Virus record (IMG/VR): IMGVR_UViG_3300034175_000007
Location: 1-50,910 of that record
Length of the DNA stretch: 50,910 nucleotides
Source: a virus
Lineage: Duplodnaviria; Caudoviricetes
Reading direction: 5' to 3' (one strand)
Part shown: one piece after another, positions 16,948 to 26,158 of the stretch
Position numbering within the stretch: the first letter of the stretch is position 1
Layout: each line of letters begins with the position of its first letter
Notes under the pieces: generated by a model
Database searches by the model: none
What the model was told of the DNA's origin: nothing
The model's input: the letters and a program-made list of their open reading frames with translations, nothing else
Translations under genes and position numbers: made by a program

Positions 16948-17415
16948 TTATGCTGGACGCCAGCTCTCCTTCAAACCCTCAACATGGACGGCTGTATACG
17001 TGATCGTCATACTCGGATAGACAGTCGGCAGCTCTCCCTCATAGTCATACACAACTGTGATGTGAGGAATGTAATCAGGATAATCAGACGTAGCTCCGAG
17101 CTTCTGCATATCTGCGTACAGATCTTGCAGTTGTTCAGACTCTACGTGAGCGACCAGGAACTTGTTCTGCTCGTCTCCGAGCAGCTTCCATCCGACGATC
17201 TTACCTGAGAAGTACTTACCAAACTGATAGTCTTCTACTGCAGGGACAGGTGTCTTGCTGTAGACGAGCGTGGTGTGTAGATCTTTTGTTGGCACAACAT
17301 TAGAGAGGGTGAGGTTATCGCCCACCCACTCTGTTAGTTTCTTCGCGTCAGCATCACATGGTATAAGACTGACGTAAGTTCCGTGCTCATGCTTACAGAA
17401 CTGTTTGAAGGTCAT
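16948..17415 (-). CDS. acb1: 2H phosphoesterase, Acb1 / T4 gp57B-like (anti-CBASS nuclease candidate)
   Basis: Two HxT motifs (LHTTLVYS, YIPHITVVY) and N-terminal GTYV. Confidence 0.78.
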   Translation of the reverse strand: MTFKQFCKHEHGTYVSLIPCDADAKKLTEWVGDNLTLSNVVPTKDLHTTLVYSKTPVPAVEDYQFGKYFSGKIVGWKLLGDEQNKFLVAHVESEQLQDLYADMQKLGATSDYPDYIPHITVVYDYEGELPTVYPSMTITYTAVHVEGLKESWRPA

Positions 17416-17751
17416 GGCGTCGGAGTTGGCTCCTCTACTGGCAGCACTTCTGGTTCACCGAAGGTGACTACAACACCATCAGTAGCCTGCTCGAGGTTAT
17501 TGACGAAGCGCTGTAGTGCGTCAGTCATTCGACACACGACCTCATCAGAGATGCTTAGAGTAAGTAAGCCTAGTTTGATATCCATTAGTCGATCTTTCCA
17601 AGTAGATAGTTTTCGAAGAGTTGAGCTGTGATAACGATACGCTTAGCATGATCGTTATCAGAAGACTCATGAAACACGAGTCCAGCTTTAGCTTGAGCCT
17701 CGAATAGTGCAATTGCCGAGCCGAGCCCGAGGTCACGTGCGAGTTCTAGCG

Positions 17752-18813
17752 TCATAATACAAAGTCCTTAAAGGTATTTTCAGTGATGTCGTTCTCTACA
17801 CCACCAATAACATATTGAGTCTGTTGGGTTTCTTGAGGTGCAACTTGAACTTCTGCACCACCAATCCATTTCATAGTCCAAGGCAATGGATTATCCTTCA
17901 CGCGTGGACTATACTTAACTCCGATGGAAGTCGCTCGCTTATATGCAATGAAGTCCACGTAGTTCTCAAGAAGCTGTACGTTGAGACCAAGCATCGATCC
18001 ATGCTGGAACAGATACCGCGCCCATGCCTTCTCTTGATCAGCTACTTCCTTGAACAGAAGAGCTGTTTCTTCAGCACATTCAAGTGCGATCTTAGCGAAG
18101 TCAGGATCCTCTTTCGGAAGAGCCTTGATCAACTGCTGTGTGAATGCTAGGTGGAGGTTCTCATCGCGAGCGATCAGCTTAATGATCTTCGCGTTGCCTT
18201 CCATCTTCTTCAGCTCGGCGAATGCCCATGAGCACGCGAAGCTTACATAGAATCGGATACCCTCAAGAGCATTAACAGCATGGAGACACATCCATAGTGC
18301 CTTCTTGTGTTCATACTCGTCATAGGAAGAACTAAGTGAAGTGTCTTGTCTGATCCAGTTCCACGTAATCAGCGTATCATAATGCTTGTCGATGTCCTTA
18401 CCACAAGCAATGATCTCATCGATGCTATCCATCTTGTCGAATACTTCCGACGCACTTGGATAGAGGTTCTCGATGATATGCTGATACGACTCTGCGTGGA
18501 TGTTCTCCTCGAAGAACTCCCAGCACTTAACGAAGTTGCGCATCTCAGGCAGTGAGATGATAGGACCGAAAGCTTCACTAGGAGCCGAACCCTGCTTAGA
18601 ATCGAGCAGGATCTGACGGATCAGGTTAGAGGTAAAGATATGCTGTTGGTGAGGATCGAGACCTTTGAAGTCTTTCGAGTCACGAGACAGCTCTACTTCG
18701 TCAGGGCTCCAGAAGAAGCCCTTTTGTTGCTTAGTAAGCTTACGCATCCAAGGGTACTTAACCCTATCGAAGCGTGAGATACTTACTGGAGTGTCAAAGA
18801 ATACGTTAGTCAT
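17752..18813 (-). CDS. nrdB: Ribonucleotide reductase class Ia beta subunit
   Basis: FFWSPDEV, ENIHAESY, LEGIRFYVSFA, RDENLH, VAPQE. Confidence 0.97.
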   Translation of the reverse strand: MTNVFFDTPVSISRFDRVKYPWMRKLTKQQKGFFWSPDEVELSRDSKDFKGLDPHQQHIFTSNLIRQILLDSKQGSAPSEAFGPIISLPEMRNFVKCWEFFEENIHAESYQHIIENLYPSASEVFDKMDSIDEIIACGKDIDKHYDTLITWNWIRQDTSLSSSYDEYEHKKALWMCLHAVNALEGIRFYVSFACSWAFAELKKMEGNAKIIKLIARDENLHLAFTQQLIKALPKEDPDFAKIALECAEETALLFKEVADQEKAWARYLFQHGSMLGLNVQLLENYVDFIAYKRATSIGVKYSPRVKDNPLPWTMKWIGGAEVQVAPQETQQTQYVIGGVENDITENTFKDFVL

Positions 18814-19022
18814 TACTCGCTTAGAAACGTCTGTGCAGTTAGTTGGTTAAGCGAGACGGTCATATGAACACCAGCCTCAGTGAGGACGATAGCCTTATGG
18901 CCTTGTACTTCGACGACCTTACCAACAAGACCTACCTGGTCCCAGTTGTCAGTATCGATAGCCACGTTGGTACCTGGCGTAATTTCATTCAACATTTCGT
19001 TTATCCTCTTTAGATTTTGCAT
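18813..19022 (-). CDS. Small hypothetical protein between nrdA and nrdB
   Basis: Overlaps both neighbours; SH3-like strand pattern. Confidence 0.5.
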   Translation of the reverse strand: MQNLKRINEMLNEITPGTNVAIDTDNWDQVGLVGKVVEVQGHKAIVLTEAGVHMTVSLNQLTAQTFLSE

Positions 19023-21307
19023 GAGTCGCAGTCCTCGTCATCTTCGATTGGAAGGAGAGGTGCATTGCCCTCGGTCTCTTCCTGTTCACCTGCACTATCA
19101 TTAGTGTTGAAGTAGTAAGCAGTCTTACCGCCCCACTTGTAATGAAGCAGCATATCAGTCAGCAGTTCAGACATCGGAATCTTATTGTCCGGGTAGAACT
19201 CTGGATTGTAGGATGTGTTAACCGAGATGCACTGGTCGATGTACTTCTGTAGTACAGCCATGATCTTGAGATAACCTTTAGGCGACTTATGATCCCATAG
19301 TAGATCGTATTTATTCTTGTACTTGCGTACCTCTGGAACTACCTGCTTGAGGTGTCCATCCTTCGATCCCTTCACAGAGACGAGAGCGCGAGGAGGTTCG
19401 ACACCATTAGTCGAATTGGATACCTGTGCTGAAGTCTCTGACGGCATGAGAGCCATAAGAGTCGAGTTGTAGATGCCGGCCTTCTTCAGCCTCTCAATGA
19501 GCTTCTCCCATGGCATCTTCCATGCCTTAGGCCCTGTCAGATCATCGACAGCCTTTGCGTAGGTATGGATTGGTAGGATACCTTGTCCATACTTAGTCTC
19601 GTGACTCTTAGGACACGCTCCACGCTCTTCTGCGAGTTCAACTGATGCTTCGATCAGGTAGTACGACCAAGCCTCAGCATAGTCATCGATAAAGCGTAGC
19701 TGTTCTTGGGTAACGTCTTGGTAGGTGATACCATTCTTCGCTAGGAAGTATGCGAAGTTGATGATGCCGACACCAAGAGGACGACGAGCCATAGTCGACA
19801 TGTAAGCGGCTACGACTGGGTAGTCCTGGAAGTCTAACAGCTCGTTCAGTGCTCGAACTAGTAGACGTGCTCCACGCTTGAAGTCTTCTAGACGACGGAT
19901 CTTACCCCAGTTCTGAGCAGCGAGGGTGCATAGCGCGATCTCACCATCAGGGTCTTCTAGCGACTTAAGTTCTTTAGTTGGAAGACCGATCTCAGCACAG
20001 AGATTCGACTGCTTGACAGGCGCGTACTCTGGAAGGAATGGGCCCTGGATGTTGACGTTGTCTACATTCATGATGTAGATTCGGCCAGTGTCCTTACGCT
20101 CTTGCATGAACGAAGTAAAGAGATCGCGAGCCTTTACCGTCTTCTTCTTGATGTTCGGGTTGAGCTCAGCTTCTTCGTAGATACGCTTGAACTCATCCTG
20201 GTCAGCGAAGAATGCATCGTACAGTCCTGGTACGTTAGCTGGACTAAAGAGGGTGATGTCACCATCCTTAATCAGTCGCTCGTACATCAGCTTGTTAAAC
20301 TGGACGCCGTAGTCTACGTGACGTACACGATTATCTTCGGTGCCCTTATTGTTCTTCAGTACTAGGAGGTCTTCGATCTCACAGTGCCAGAAGGGATGGT
20401 AGATCGTACCGGATCCTCCACGTACTCCTCCCTGGGAGCAAGATTTAAGAGCAGCAACAAGTAGTTTATAGAAAGCAATATTGCCAGTATGAATAGCATC
20501 TCCATTCCGAATCGTTGCATCCAATCCGCGGAGGCGACCCATATTAAGACCGATACCTGCGCGGTTTGCAACGTACTTAACAGTAGCGCCAGTAGCTGCG
20601 ATGATCGAGTCAAGAGAGTCTCCTACTTCAATGAGTACACACGAAGAGAACTGACGCTTTGGAGTACGTACACCTGCCATGATAGGAGTTGGCAAGCTCA
20701 CATCGAACTCGCTAACAGCATCATATAGATCTACGACCCACTTGAGTCGAGTCTCTTTCGGATACTTATGGAAGAGACTAGCCGCAATCAGCATGAATGC
20801 GATCTGAGGAGTCTCGAAGAACTGCTTTGTAGACCTATTGCGGACTAGATACTTACCACGTAGCTGTTCCATGCCTGCGAAAGCAATAGTAAAATCACGA
20901 TCGTGATCGATCCACTTATCAAAATGGTCGAACTCTTCTTCAGTGTACCATTCGAGAAGCTGACTATCGTAAAAGCCAGCATGAACGACAGAGCGAACGT
21001 GATCATACAGTCGAGGAGGATTGATATCATTGTAGATCTCCTTACGCAGTCCATAGTTGACTAGACGACCAGCTACGTACTGATAGTTCGGAGTATCTTC
21101 ACTGATCAAATCATGAGCAGCCTTAATCAGCGCCTCATGGATATCACTCGTCTTAATGCCAGGGAAGAACTGCATCTGAGTCTTAAGCTCGATCTCAGAT
21201 ACCGAGACACCGGCGATATCTTCACACGCCCAGGTAACTACGCGGTTGAGCTTTGAAATATCGAGAGGGTCTTTCGACCCGTCTCGCTTTGTGACGTATA
21301 TCGCCAT
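19010..21307 (-). CDS. nrdA: Ribonucleotide reductase class Ia alpha subunit
   Basis: ATP cone VTKRDG, PTPIMAG, SSCVLI, SNLCAE, C-terminal CDSC. Confidence 0.98.
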   Translation of the reverse strand: MAIYVTKRDGSKDPLDISKLNRVVTWACEDIAGVSVSEIELKTQMQFFPGIKTSDIHEALIKAAHDLISEDTPNYQYVAGRLVNYGLRKEIYNDINPPRLYDHVRSVVHAGFYDSQLLEWYTEEEFDHFDKWIDHDRDFTIAFAGMEQLRGKYLVRNRSTKQFFETPQIAFMLIAASLFHKYPKETRLKWVVDLYDAVSEFDVSLPTPIMAGVRTPKRQFSSCVLIEVGDSLDSIIAATGATVKYVANRAGIGLNMGRLRGLDATIRNGDAIHTGNIAFYKLLVAALKSCSQGGVRGGSGTIYHPFWHCEIEDLLVLKNNKGTEDNRVRHVDYGVQFNKLMYERLIKDGDITLFSPANVPGLYDAFFADQDEFKRIYEEAELNPNIKKKTVKARDLFTSFMQERKDTGRIYIMNVDNVNIQGPFLPEYAPVKQSNLCAEIGLPTKELKSLEDPDGEIALCTLAAQNWGKIRRLEDFKRGARLLVRALNELLDFQDYPVVAAYMSTMARRPLGVGIINFAYFLAKNGITYQDVTQEQLRFIDDYAEAWSYYLIEASVELAEERGACPKSHETKYGQGILPIHTYAKAVDDLTGPKAWKMPWEKLIERLKKAGIYNSTLMALMPSETSAQVSNSTNGVEPPRALVSVKGSKDGHLKQVVPEVRKYKNKYDLLWDHKSPKGYLKIMAVLQKYIDQCISVNTSYNPEFYPDNKIPMSELLTDMLLHYKWGGKTAYYFNTNDSAGEQEETEGNAPLLPIEDDEDCDSCKI

Positions 21308-21315
21308 CTTTGTCC

Positions 21316-22230
21316 TTATCTATCGTAAATTGTGTTGTTGTCGATCATTTTGCGGAACTGTCTCCAACCATAGTAATTGCCATGTTCACCACCATGCATC
21401 CATTCGATCTCACCATTGGTACCACGACGACGATAGATATCATCTGGAGTAGCGATATGCTCGGCTGGCGAAGCATGAACTGGACGGCTTACCATCAGTA
21501 GATCATAGCGCTTGAGCTCCTTCTCGATAGAACCATCGCCATCGAATGGCTTGATAGTAAGACGAGCACAACGAGCTACGCTGATCTTCTTAAGGACGTC
21601 CATGATCATGATGCCACCATCTTCGAGGGACATGCCATCAAGATCAGCACCGTTCTCTTCTAGATATTTGGCTGCTGCGACTGCATCTAGTGCATAGTCG
21701 ATGTATGGAAGGTGCCATGCGGTACGTGGAGTGCGCATGGGAGTAGATGCATCCATCGAAGCCTTGATAGCTTCTGCAAGTTGGATGATCTCTGGCTGAG
21801 CGCCACCATCGAGACGTAGCTCGAAGAAGTTAGCCCAGTCGGTAGAGGTAACGAGTACGTCGATGTAGCCGAACCACTCGAGCATACGGTTGATCCACTG
21901 CTTGTGAACACCGAGCTCAGCAAGATAACCTGCGCTCCTCTGGCACTGCTCAGCAGCGTACATCCAGATGCGCTCGGCCTCGCCCCTATCTTCGTCAGAC
22001 ATCTCTTGAGAAGCAACCATTCCTGGCTGGTTCATCATGAAGTGCGGAACGTATGGAGTCTCTTTAACTAGAGTGGCGAAAGGAACTGCTCGTGAGCTCC
22101 TACCATTACGACTAAAGACTCGATGAGTCATGAAGTCGGCGTGTACCATCCTCGGATAGCGCAACTGAAGAGTAGTAAGTCTTACTCCACTGTCAGAGAT
22201 ACTATCACAGATCACACGAGATGTCAACAT
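21316..22230 (-). CDS. thyX: FAD-dependent thymidylate synthase
   Basis: THRVFSRNGRSSRA, HKQWINR, NFFELR...AQPEI, HASPAEH; MLTSR start has an AAGGA RBS. Confidence 0.88.
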   Translation of the reverse strand: MLTSRVICDSISDSGVRLTTLQLRYPRMVHADFMTHRVFSRNGRSSRAVPFATLVKETPYVPHFMMNQPGMVASQEMSDEDRGEAERIWMYAAEQCQRSAGYLAELGVHKQWINRMLEWFGYIDVLVTSTDWANFFELRLDGGAQPEIIQLAEAIKASMDASTPMRTPRTAWHLPYIDYALDAVAAAKYLEENGADLDGMSLEDGGIMIMDVLKKISVARCARLTIKPFDGDGSIEKELKRYDLLMVSRPVHASPAEHIATPDDIYRRRGTNGEIEWMHGGEHGNYYGWRQFRKMIDNNTIYDR

Positions 22231-22241
22231 ATTATTGTCCT

Positions 22242-22445
22242 TCACGCCTTGGCGACTTCCCAAGACCTACAAATTCTGAATGGGTTGAGGTAGCCAGTTT
22301 CTGCTACCATCTTATCGTTTCGAATGACAATCCAATCATTCGAGTTACTTACTATCGTTCCATATTCTTTGCCGGTAACTGCGTCATCAAAAGCACAATG
22401 TGTGTTCCATTCTACAGCGTCACCTACGTTCATAACTTCTTCCAC
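22242..22445 (-). CDS. Hypothetical protein
   Basis: Packed ORF between primase and thyX. Confidence 0.5.
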   Translation of the reverse strand: MEEVMNVGDAVEWNTHCAFDDAVTGKEYGTIVSNSNDWIVIRNDKMVAETGYLNPFRICRSWEVAKA

Positions 22446-23446
22446 TTGTTGAGTGCGAGAGTAGCCGATAGTCCGCTAAATGTATTCCTATCTATAGTCT
22501 CGCGAACATTGTCGGCAGTCATACCACCATCCTTGATCATATCGTTCACATCCTTATGAGCCAGACCCTCTGGCCAGATGCAAACCTTCATACCATGATG
22601 GATGGCCTTTTCGATCTTCTTGATAGTGTCCTTAGAACGAGGCTCATTATCGAAGCAGATCACGGTGTTGTCTAGGTTGAGGAACCGCAGCGTGGACAGT
22701 TCAGTACCTCCGGCAGTTGCAACCGCATTTGGGATGAACATCGCGTCGATGGGTCCTTCGAGGACGTACCCCTTATGTGATTTGTCATAGTTATCGAGAC
22801 CCCAGATCTTTGGCACGCTCTCGTCAAGGACGATGGTAATGTATCGAAGATCTCCTTCAAAGTAGCGCCCTTGCAGCGCGTGCATGCGTCCATCCTTGTT
22901 GACAAACGGGATGACAAGTGCTGGACCGTCAAAGTGTAGATGTTTTTGTTCAAACTTTCCAGGCATGAAGGTGTTGACCCAGGACATGAACTTGGGTGCG
23001 TGAAATAGTTTGTGATGACAATTAGTCGGGATTCTTCGACTATCGATATACTCTCTACAGTAGTGGTCATGCTTTAACTGACTTACCTTCTTAAGGTTGT
23101 TCAAGGCTGTAGTAGTAACGTACTTGGGCTTACTCGGATCTAAGACTGGATCCTTCTTCTGCTCAGGACTCTTACCCTCCATCACCTTCTCGATGATGAA
23201 GTCATTGTAGACGAACTCATCCACTTGTTTGATGAACTTAGGTATGCCCATCGTACCACAGCCATTGTGACACGTATAGAGGAACTTGCCCTCCTTGACA
23301 TAGACGAAGCCTCTGGCCTTACGCGAATCCTTGGCTGAATCGCCGCAGATGGGACATGAGAAGTTGTAAAGGCTGCCAGATTTACGCTTGAAGTTCCTAA
23401 GACGTGTGCTCAGGATACCGATGTACTTAGACTCTAACCAACTCAT
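22430..23446 (-). CDS. DNA primase (T4 gp61-like)
   Basis: CPICGDS..CHNGC zinc ribbon; Toprim EGPIDAMF and FDNEPR. Confidence 0.95.
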   Translation of the reverse strand: MSWLESKYIGILSTRLRNFKRKSGSLYNFSCPICGDSAKDSRKARGFVYVKEGKFLYTCHNGCGTMGIPKFIKQVDEFVYNDFIIEKVMEGKSPEQKKDPVLDPSKPKYVTTTALNNLKKVSQLKHDHYCREYIDSRRIPTNCHHKLFHAPKFMSWVNTFMPGKFEQKHLHFDGPALVIPFVNKDGRMHALQGRYFEGDLRYITIVLDESVPKIWGLDNYDKSHKGYVLEGPIDAMFIPNAVATAGGTELSTLRFLNLDNTVICFDNEPRSKDTIKKIEKAIHHGMKVCIWPEGLAHKDVNDMIKDGGMTADNVRETIDRNTFSGLSATLALNKWKKL

Positions 23447-23569
23447 TAAACACACACTCGCATGCGCCCAGAGGACGCTACTGAATTACAACGCTATAGG
23501 ATTAGCTTACTATGTTGAAGAAGCTATAAGCCTTATACATTAGTCTATGAAAAATGTCAAGGCTTTTGT

Positions 23570-24145
23570 TTAGCTACCGAGTGTGATGTGTAGAAGTCCA
23601 GATAGCTGCGATGCAACGGCACCAACGACTGCAGCTCCTCCGGTGACGATCCACACTAGCTTTTGAATTGCGCCAATGCGCTCATCCAGTGCTTCGATCT
23701 TCTTGGTAAGATGGACTTCTTTGTTAGTGATCTGAAGTTCTAGGTCGTCCTTCAGTACGATATTCGACGAGGTAAAGTCAAGACGGAGATTGTTCATTCC
23801 GTTACTGACGATCTTGATCTCATCAAGAATCTCCTTCTGCGACTTACCGATCTCGGCACGCAGATCAGTCTCAACTTTGCTAGCCTTATCGAGGGCGCGC
23901 GTAGCATGCGCCTGTGCTTCTTGGCGATGCTTTTCGATGATGTCAGGCAATGTTCTATACGCCTTCTCTGCAGTGTCGATACGCTGTTCATGAACTGCAA
24001 GAAGCTTAGAGACGTTAAGAGAGATGTCCGTGAGCTTATCAAGATTGTTATCGAAGATGTCTACCTTCACCTTAAGTGAAGAAATGTCCCTCTGGTTATC
24101 AATTGCAAGAGTACGTACTAGCTCGATCTTTTCTTCCACGACCAT
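23570..24145 (-). CDS. Coiled-coil protein with C-terminal TM segment
   Basis: LLAVHEQRI heptads; WIVTGGAAVVG. Confidence 0.6.
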   Translation of the reverse strand: MVVEEKIELVRTLAIDNQRDISSLKVKVDIFDNNLDKLTDISLNVSKLLAVHEQRIDTAEKAYRTLPDIIEKHRQEAQAHATRALDKASKVETDLRAEIGKSQKEILDEIKIVSNGMNNLRLDFTSSNIVLKDDLELQITNKEVHLTKKIEALDERIGAIQKLVWIVTGGAAVVGAVASQLSGLLHITLGS

Positions 24146-24303
24146 TACTTCCTTCTGACTACTTTAGCATTAGCCATGATGACGGAGAGTTTCTTTCGGC
24201 CTTTTGGAACACCTGGCTCGCGCTCAGGATAACTACCGGTACCAGCGCCTTGGATGGCACCCGATCCGATGTTATTAGTTGCTATTGCGTCTTCTTTTAA
24301 CAT
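24145..24303 (-). CDS. 52-aa small protein, likely head-associated
   Basis: MLKEDAIATNNIGSGAIQG...; overlaps both neighbours; below the ORF-track size cut-off. Confidence 0.55.
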   Translation of the reverse strand: MLKEDAIATNNIGSGAIQGAGTGSYPEREPGVPKGRKKLSVIMANAKVVRRK

Positions 24304-24692
24304 CAGAGAGTCCTTAAAGCGGAAATGACCCCTTCGTCCATGGGGATCAGGTCTGTCATGATCACATTTTGCTCTCTAATTCCATACACGAACTCAGGCA
24401 ATATGCTTAACAAGACCAAAAACGGTTTAATGTATTCGAGGCGGTCCATCTTGAGGAATAACATCCTACAAAGAGGCCCAGCACCGAACACATTGTTCAG
24501 TATGATTAGATGGTTGAGGATCAGACGTTCTTTAAGTTCACCAGTCTCTGTGTAACGAGTCACCAGCTTCTTGATGTACTTAAATCGGTTTATGTCTTCA
24601 TTGAACTCATCAATCGAGCAGCACGATGGGTTATCGTAGTGCTTCATAGCAAACATAATGAAATTAGCGTCTGTTAATCTATCAATCATCAA
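24303..24692 (-). CDS. Conserved T4-like hypothetical protein
   Basis: NFIMFAMKHYDNP.C...EF.ED..RFKYIK...LKERLILNHLI..NVFG. Confidence 0.8.
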   Translation of the reverse strand: MMIDRLTDANFIMFAMKHYDNPSCCSIDEFNEDINRFKYIKKLVTRYTETGELKERLILNHLIILNNVFGAGPLCRMLFLKMDRLEYIKPFLVLLSILPEFVYGIREQNVIMTDLIPMDEGVISALRTL

Positions 24693-24725
24693 ATCAAATC
24701 GGGGAGCCGAAGCTCCCCTTGTCTA

Positions 24726-25220
24726 TTAGAATGCTAGACTTGAACCGTTAGCCGTCATGGAACCCATGGCTACTAGCGTTTCAGTAAAGATTCGATTGGC
24801 ACGACCACCAAGAGCGATCGTGAAGGTCAGGCCGGTACCGGTTGCGGTAGTTACGGTGCCAACAGCAGTTGCAGTATTCGTGAAGCCTGCGCCTGGGTTA
24901 GTAACCGTGATGGACTGAACTACACCCGATCCGTTGGTCTGGATAGTTGCCGTAGCATTAACCGTTCCGCCAGTGATGTTGATCGTGTTGGTGTTAGCAT
25001 ATAGAGTACCTGCTGCAGTAATGGTGATCATCTTGACCGGACCAGTACCACGAACTACTCGATTCCAGCCCGCATGAGCTGGGTTACCGCTGGCTACTTC
25101 GCCAACGTCTAGGCCAACAACACCTGTACCGAATACCTGAACGCCAGTGTTTGGGCTTACGTCGGTTGCACGGTACTTAGGAGCGCTGCTAGCTTGATCA
25201 ATCTTACCCCATAGGGACAT
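24726..25220 (-). CDS. Virion structural protein
   Basis: MSLWG...HAGW...R..ETLVAM; Thr/Gly-rich; late-type promoter upstream and hairpin downstream. Confidence 0.7.
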   Translation of the reverse strand: MSLWGKIDQASSAPKYRATDVSPNTGVQVFGTGVVGLDVGEVASGNPAHAGWNRVVRGTGPVKMITITAAGTLYANTNTINITGGTVNATATIQTNGSGVVQSITVTNPGAGFTNTATAVGTVTTATGTGLTFTIALGGRANRIFTETLVAMGSMTANGSSLAF

Positions 25221-25257
25221 TAGTCTTCTCCTTATTCGTTTCTATTTATTCGAACTA

Positions 25258-26145
25258 TTACTTAGCGTCTGGAGCGATCTTGCCGTCCAGTGTGCGTGGC
25301 TTCTTAGGACGACCGCGAGCTTCTGATACGATGTCCTTAAGTGAACGAGCTGAAGTCTCTTCCTTTGCAAGCTTCGCAACAGCCTTACGAAGACCCTTCT
25401 TATGAGACACTTCACGGTGTGCGTGCATGTTAGCAGCATTATGGTGAGCATTGTACTCAGTGCTAGACATCTTCGAGTCTGGGTGATCATTAGCAGTTGC
25501 TACTGCATTGTGATGATCGCTTGCTGCAGCATGCTTCTTAATCTTAGAAGGAGCCTTGATAGCATAAGAAGCTAGAGTGTTCTTGCTGATCTCATCGATC
25601 TGAGTCTCTTCGGTTGCGTGAACCTTGACCTTCCTGAAACCTTCGCCTGGCTTTGAAAGCTTATGATTAGCGGTTACTTCGCTATCAGTACGCTTGCTCT
25701 GCTTGTGGTTGTCAGCCTTCGACCAGCCAGCATCGCCGTGACCGTTCTTCTTAAGACGAGCCTTCTGATCTGCACCAGACTTAGCGACGTAGCTCTTAAG
25801 AGTGTTCTTCGAAAGCTCATCAAGCTGCTCGAACTCTTCGACGGTAAGTGTCTCTACCATCTCTGCTAGCTGCTCGTCGGTGTACTCAACTGACTCCTTG
25901 TGGGTGTTCTCCATGTGCTTCAGGTGAGCACGTGCAGTAGCGTGTGCGTCCTCATGGTCTTCAGTGTGATAGTCAGCCTTTGCGTGATGCTTACCACCGG
26001 TGTGGAACTTAACGCGGTGCTCACCCCACTCAGTATCTTTGTGAACAGTAGCGGAATGCTTACCATCCTCGCTGTGATAGGTTGCGACCTTCTTGAGGCC
26101 TTCAGTAAGAGCACGACGCTCGCGGATCTGCTTTAGTAGTGACAT
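25258..26145 (-). CDS. His/Lys-rich putative internal head protein with (L/I)DE(L/I)S repeats
   Basis: LDELSKNTLKSY and IDEISKNTLASY repeats; GGAG RBS before MSLLK. Confidence 0.6.
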   Translation of the reverse strand: MSLLKQIRERRALTEGLKKVATYHSEDGKHSATVHKDTEWGEHRVKFHTGGKHHAKADYHTEDHEDAHATARAHLKHMENTHKESVEYTDEQLAEMVETLTVEEFEQLDELSKNTLKSYVAKSGADQKARLKKNGHGDAGWSKADNHKQSKRTDSEVTANHKLSKPGEGFRKVKVHATEETQIDEISKNTLASYAIKAPSKIKKHAAASDHHNAVATANDHPDSKMSSTEYNAHHNAANMHAHREVSHKKGLRKAVAKLAKEETSARSLKDIVSEARGRPKKPRTLDGKIAPDAK

Positions 26146-26158
26146 TGTTATGTTCTCC

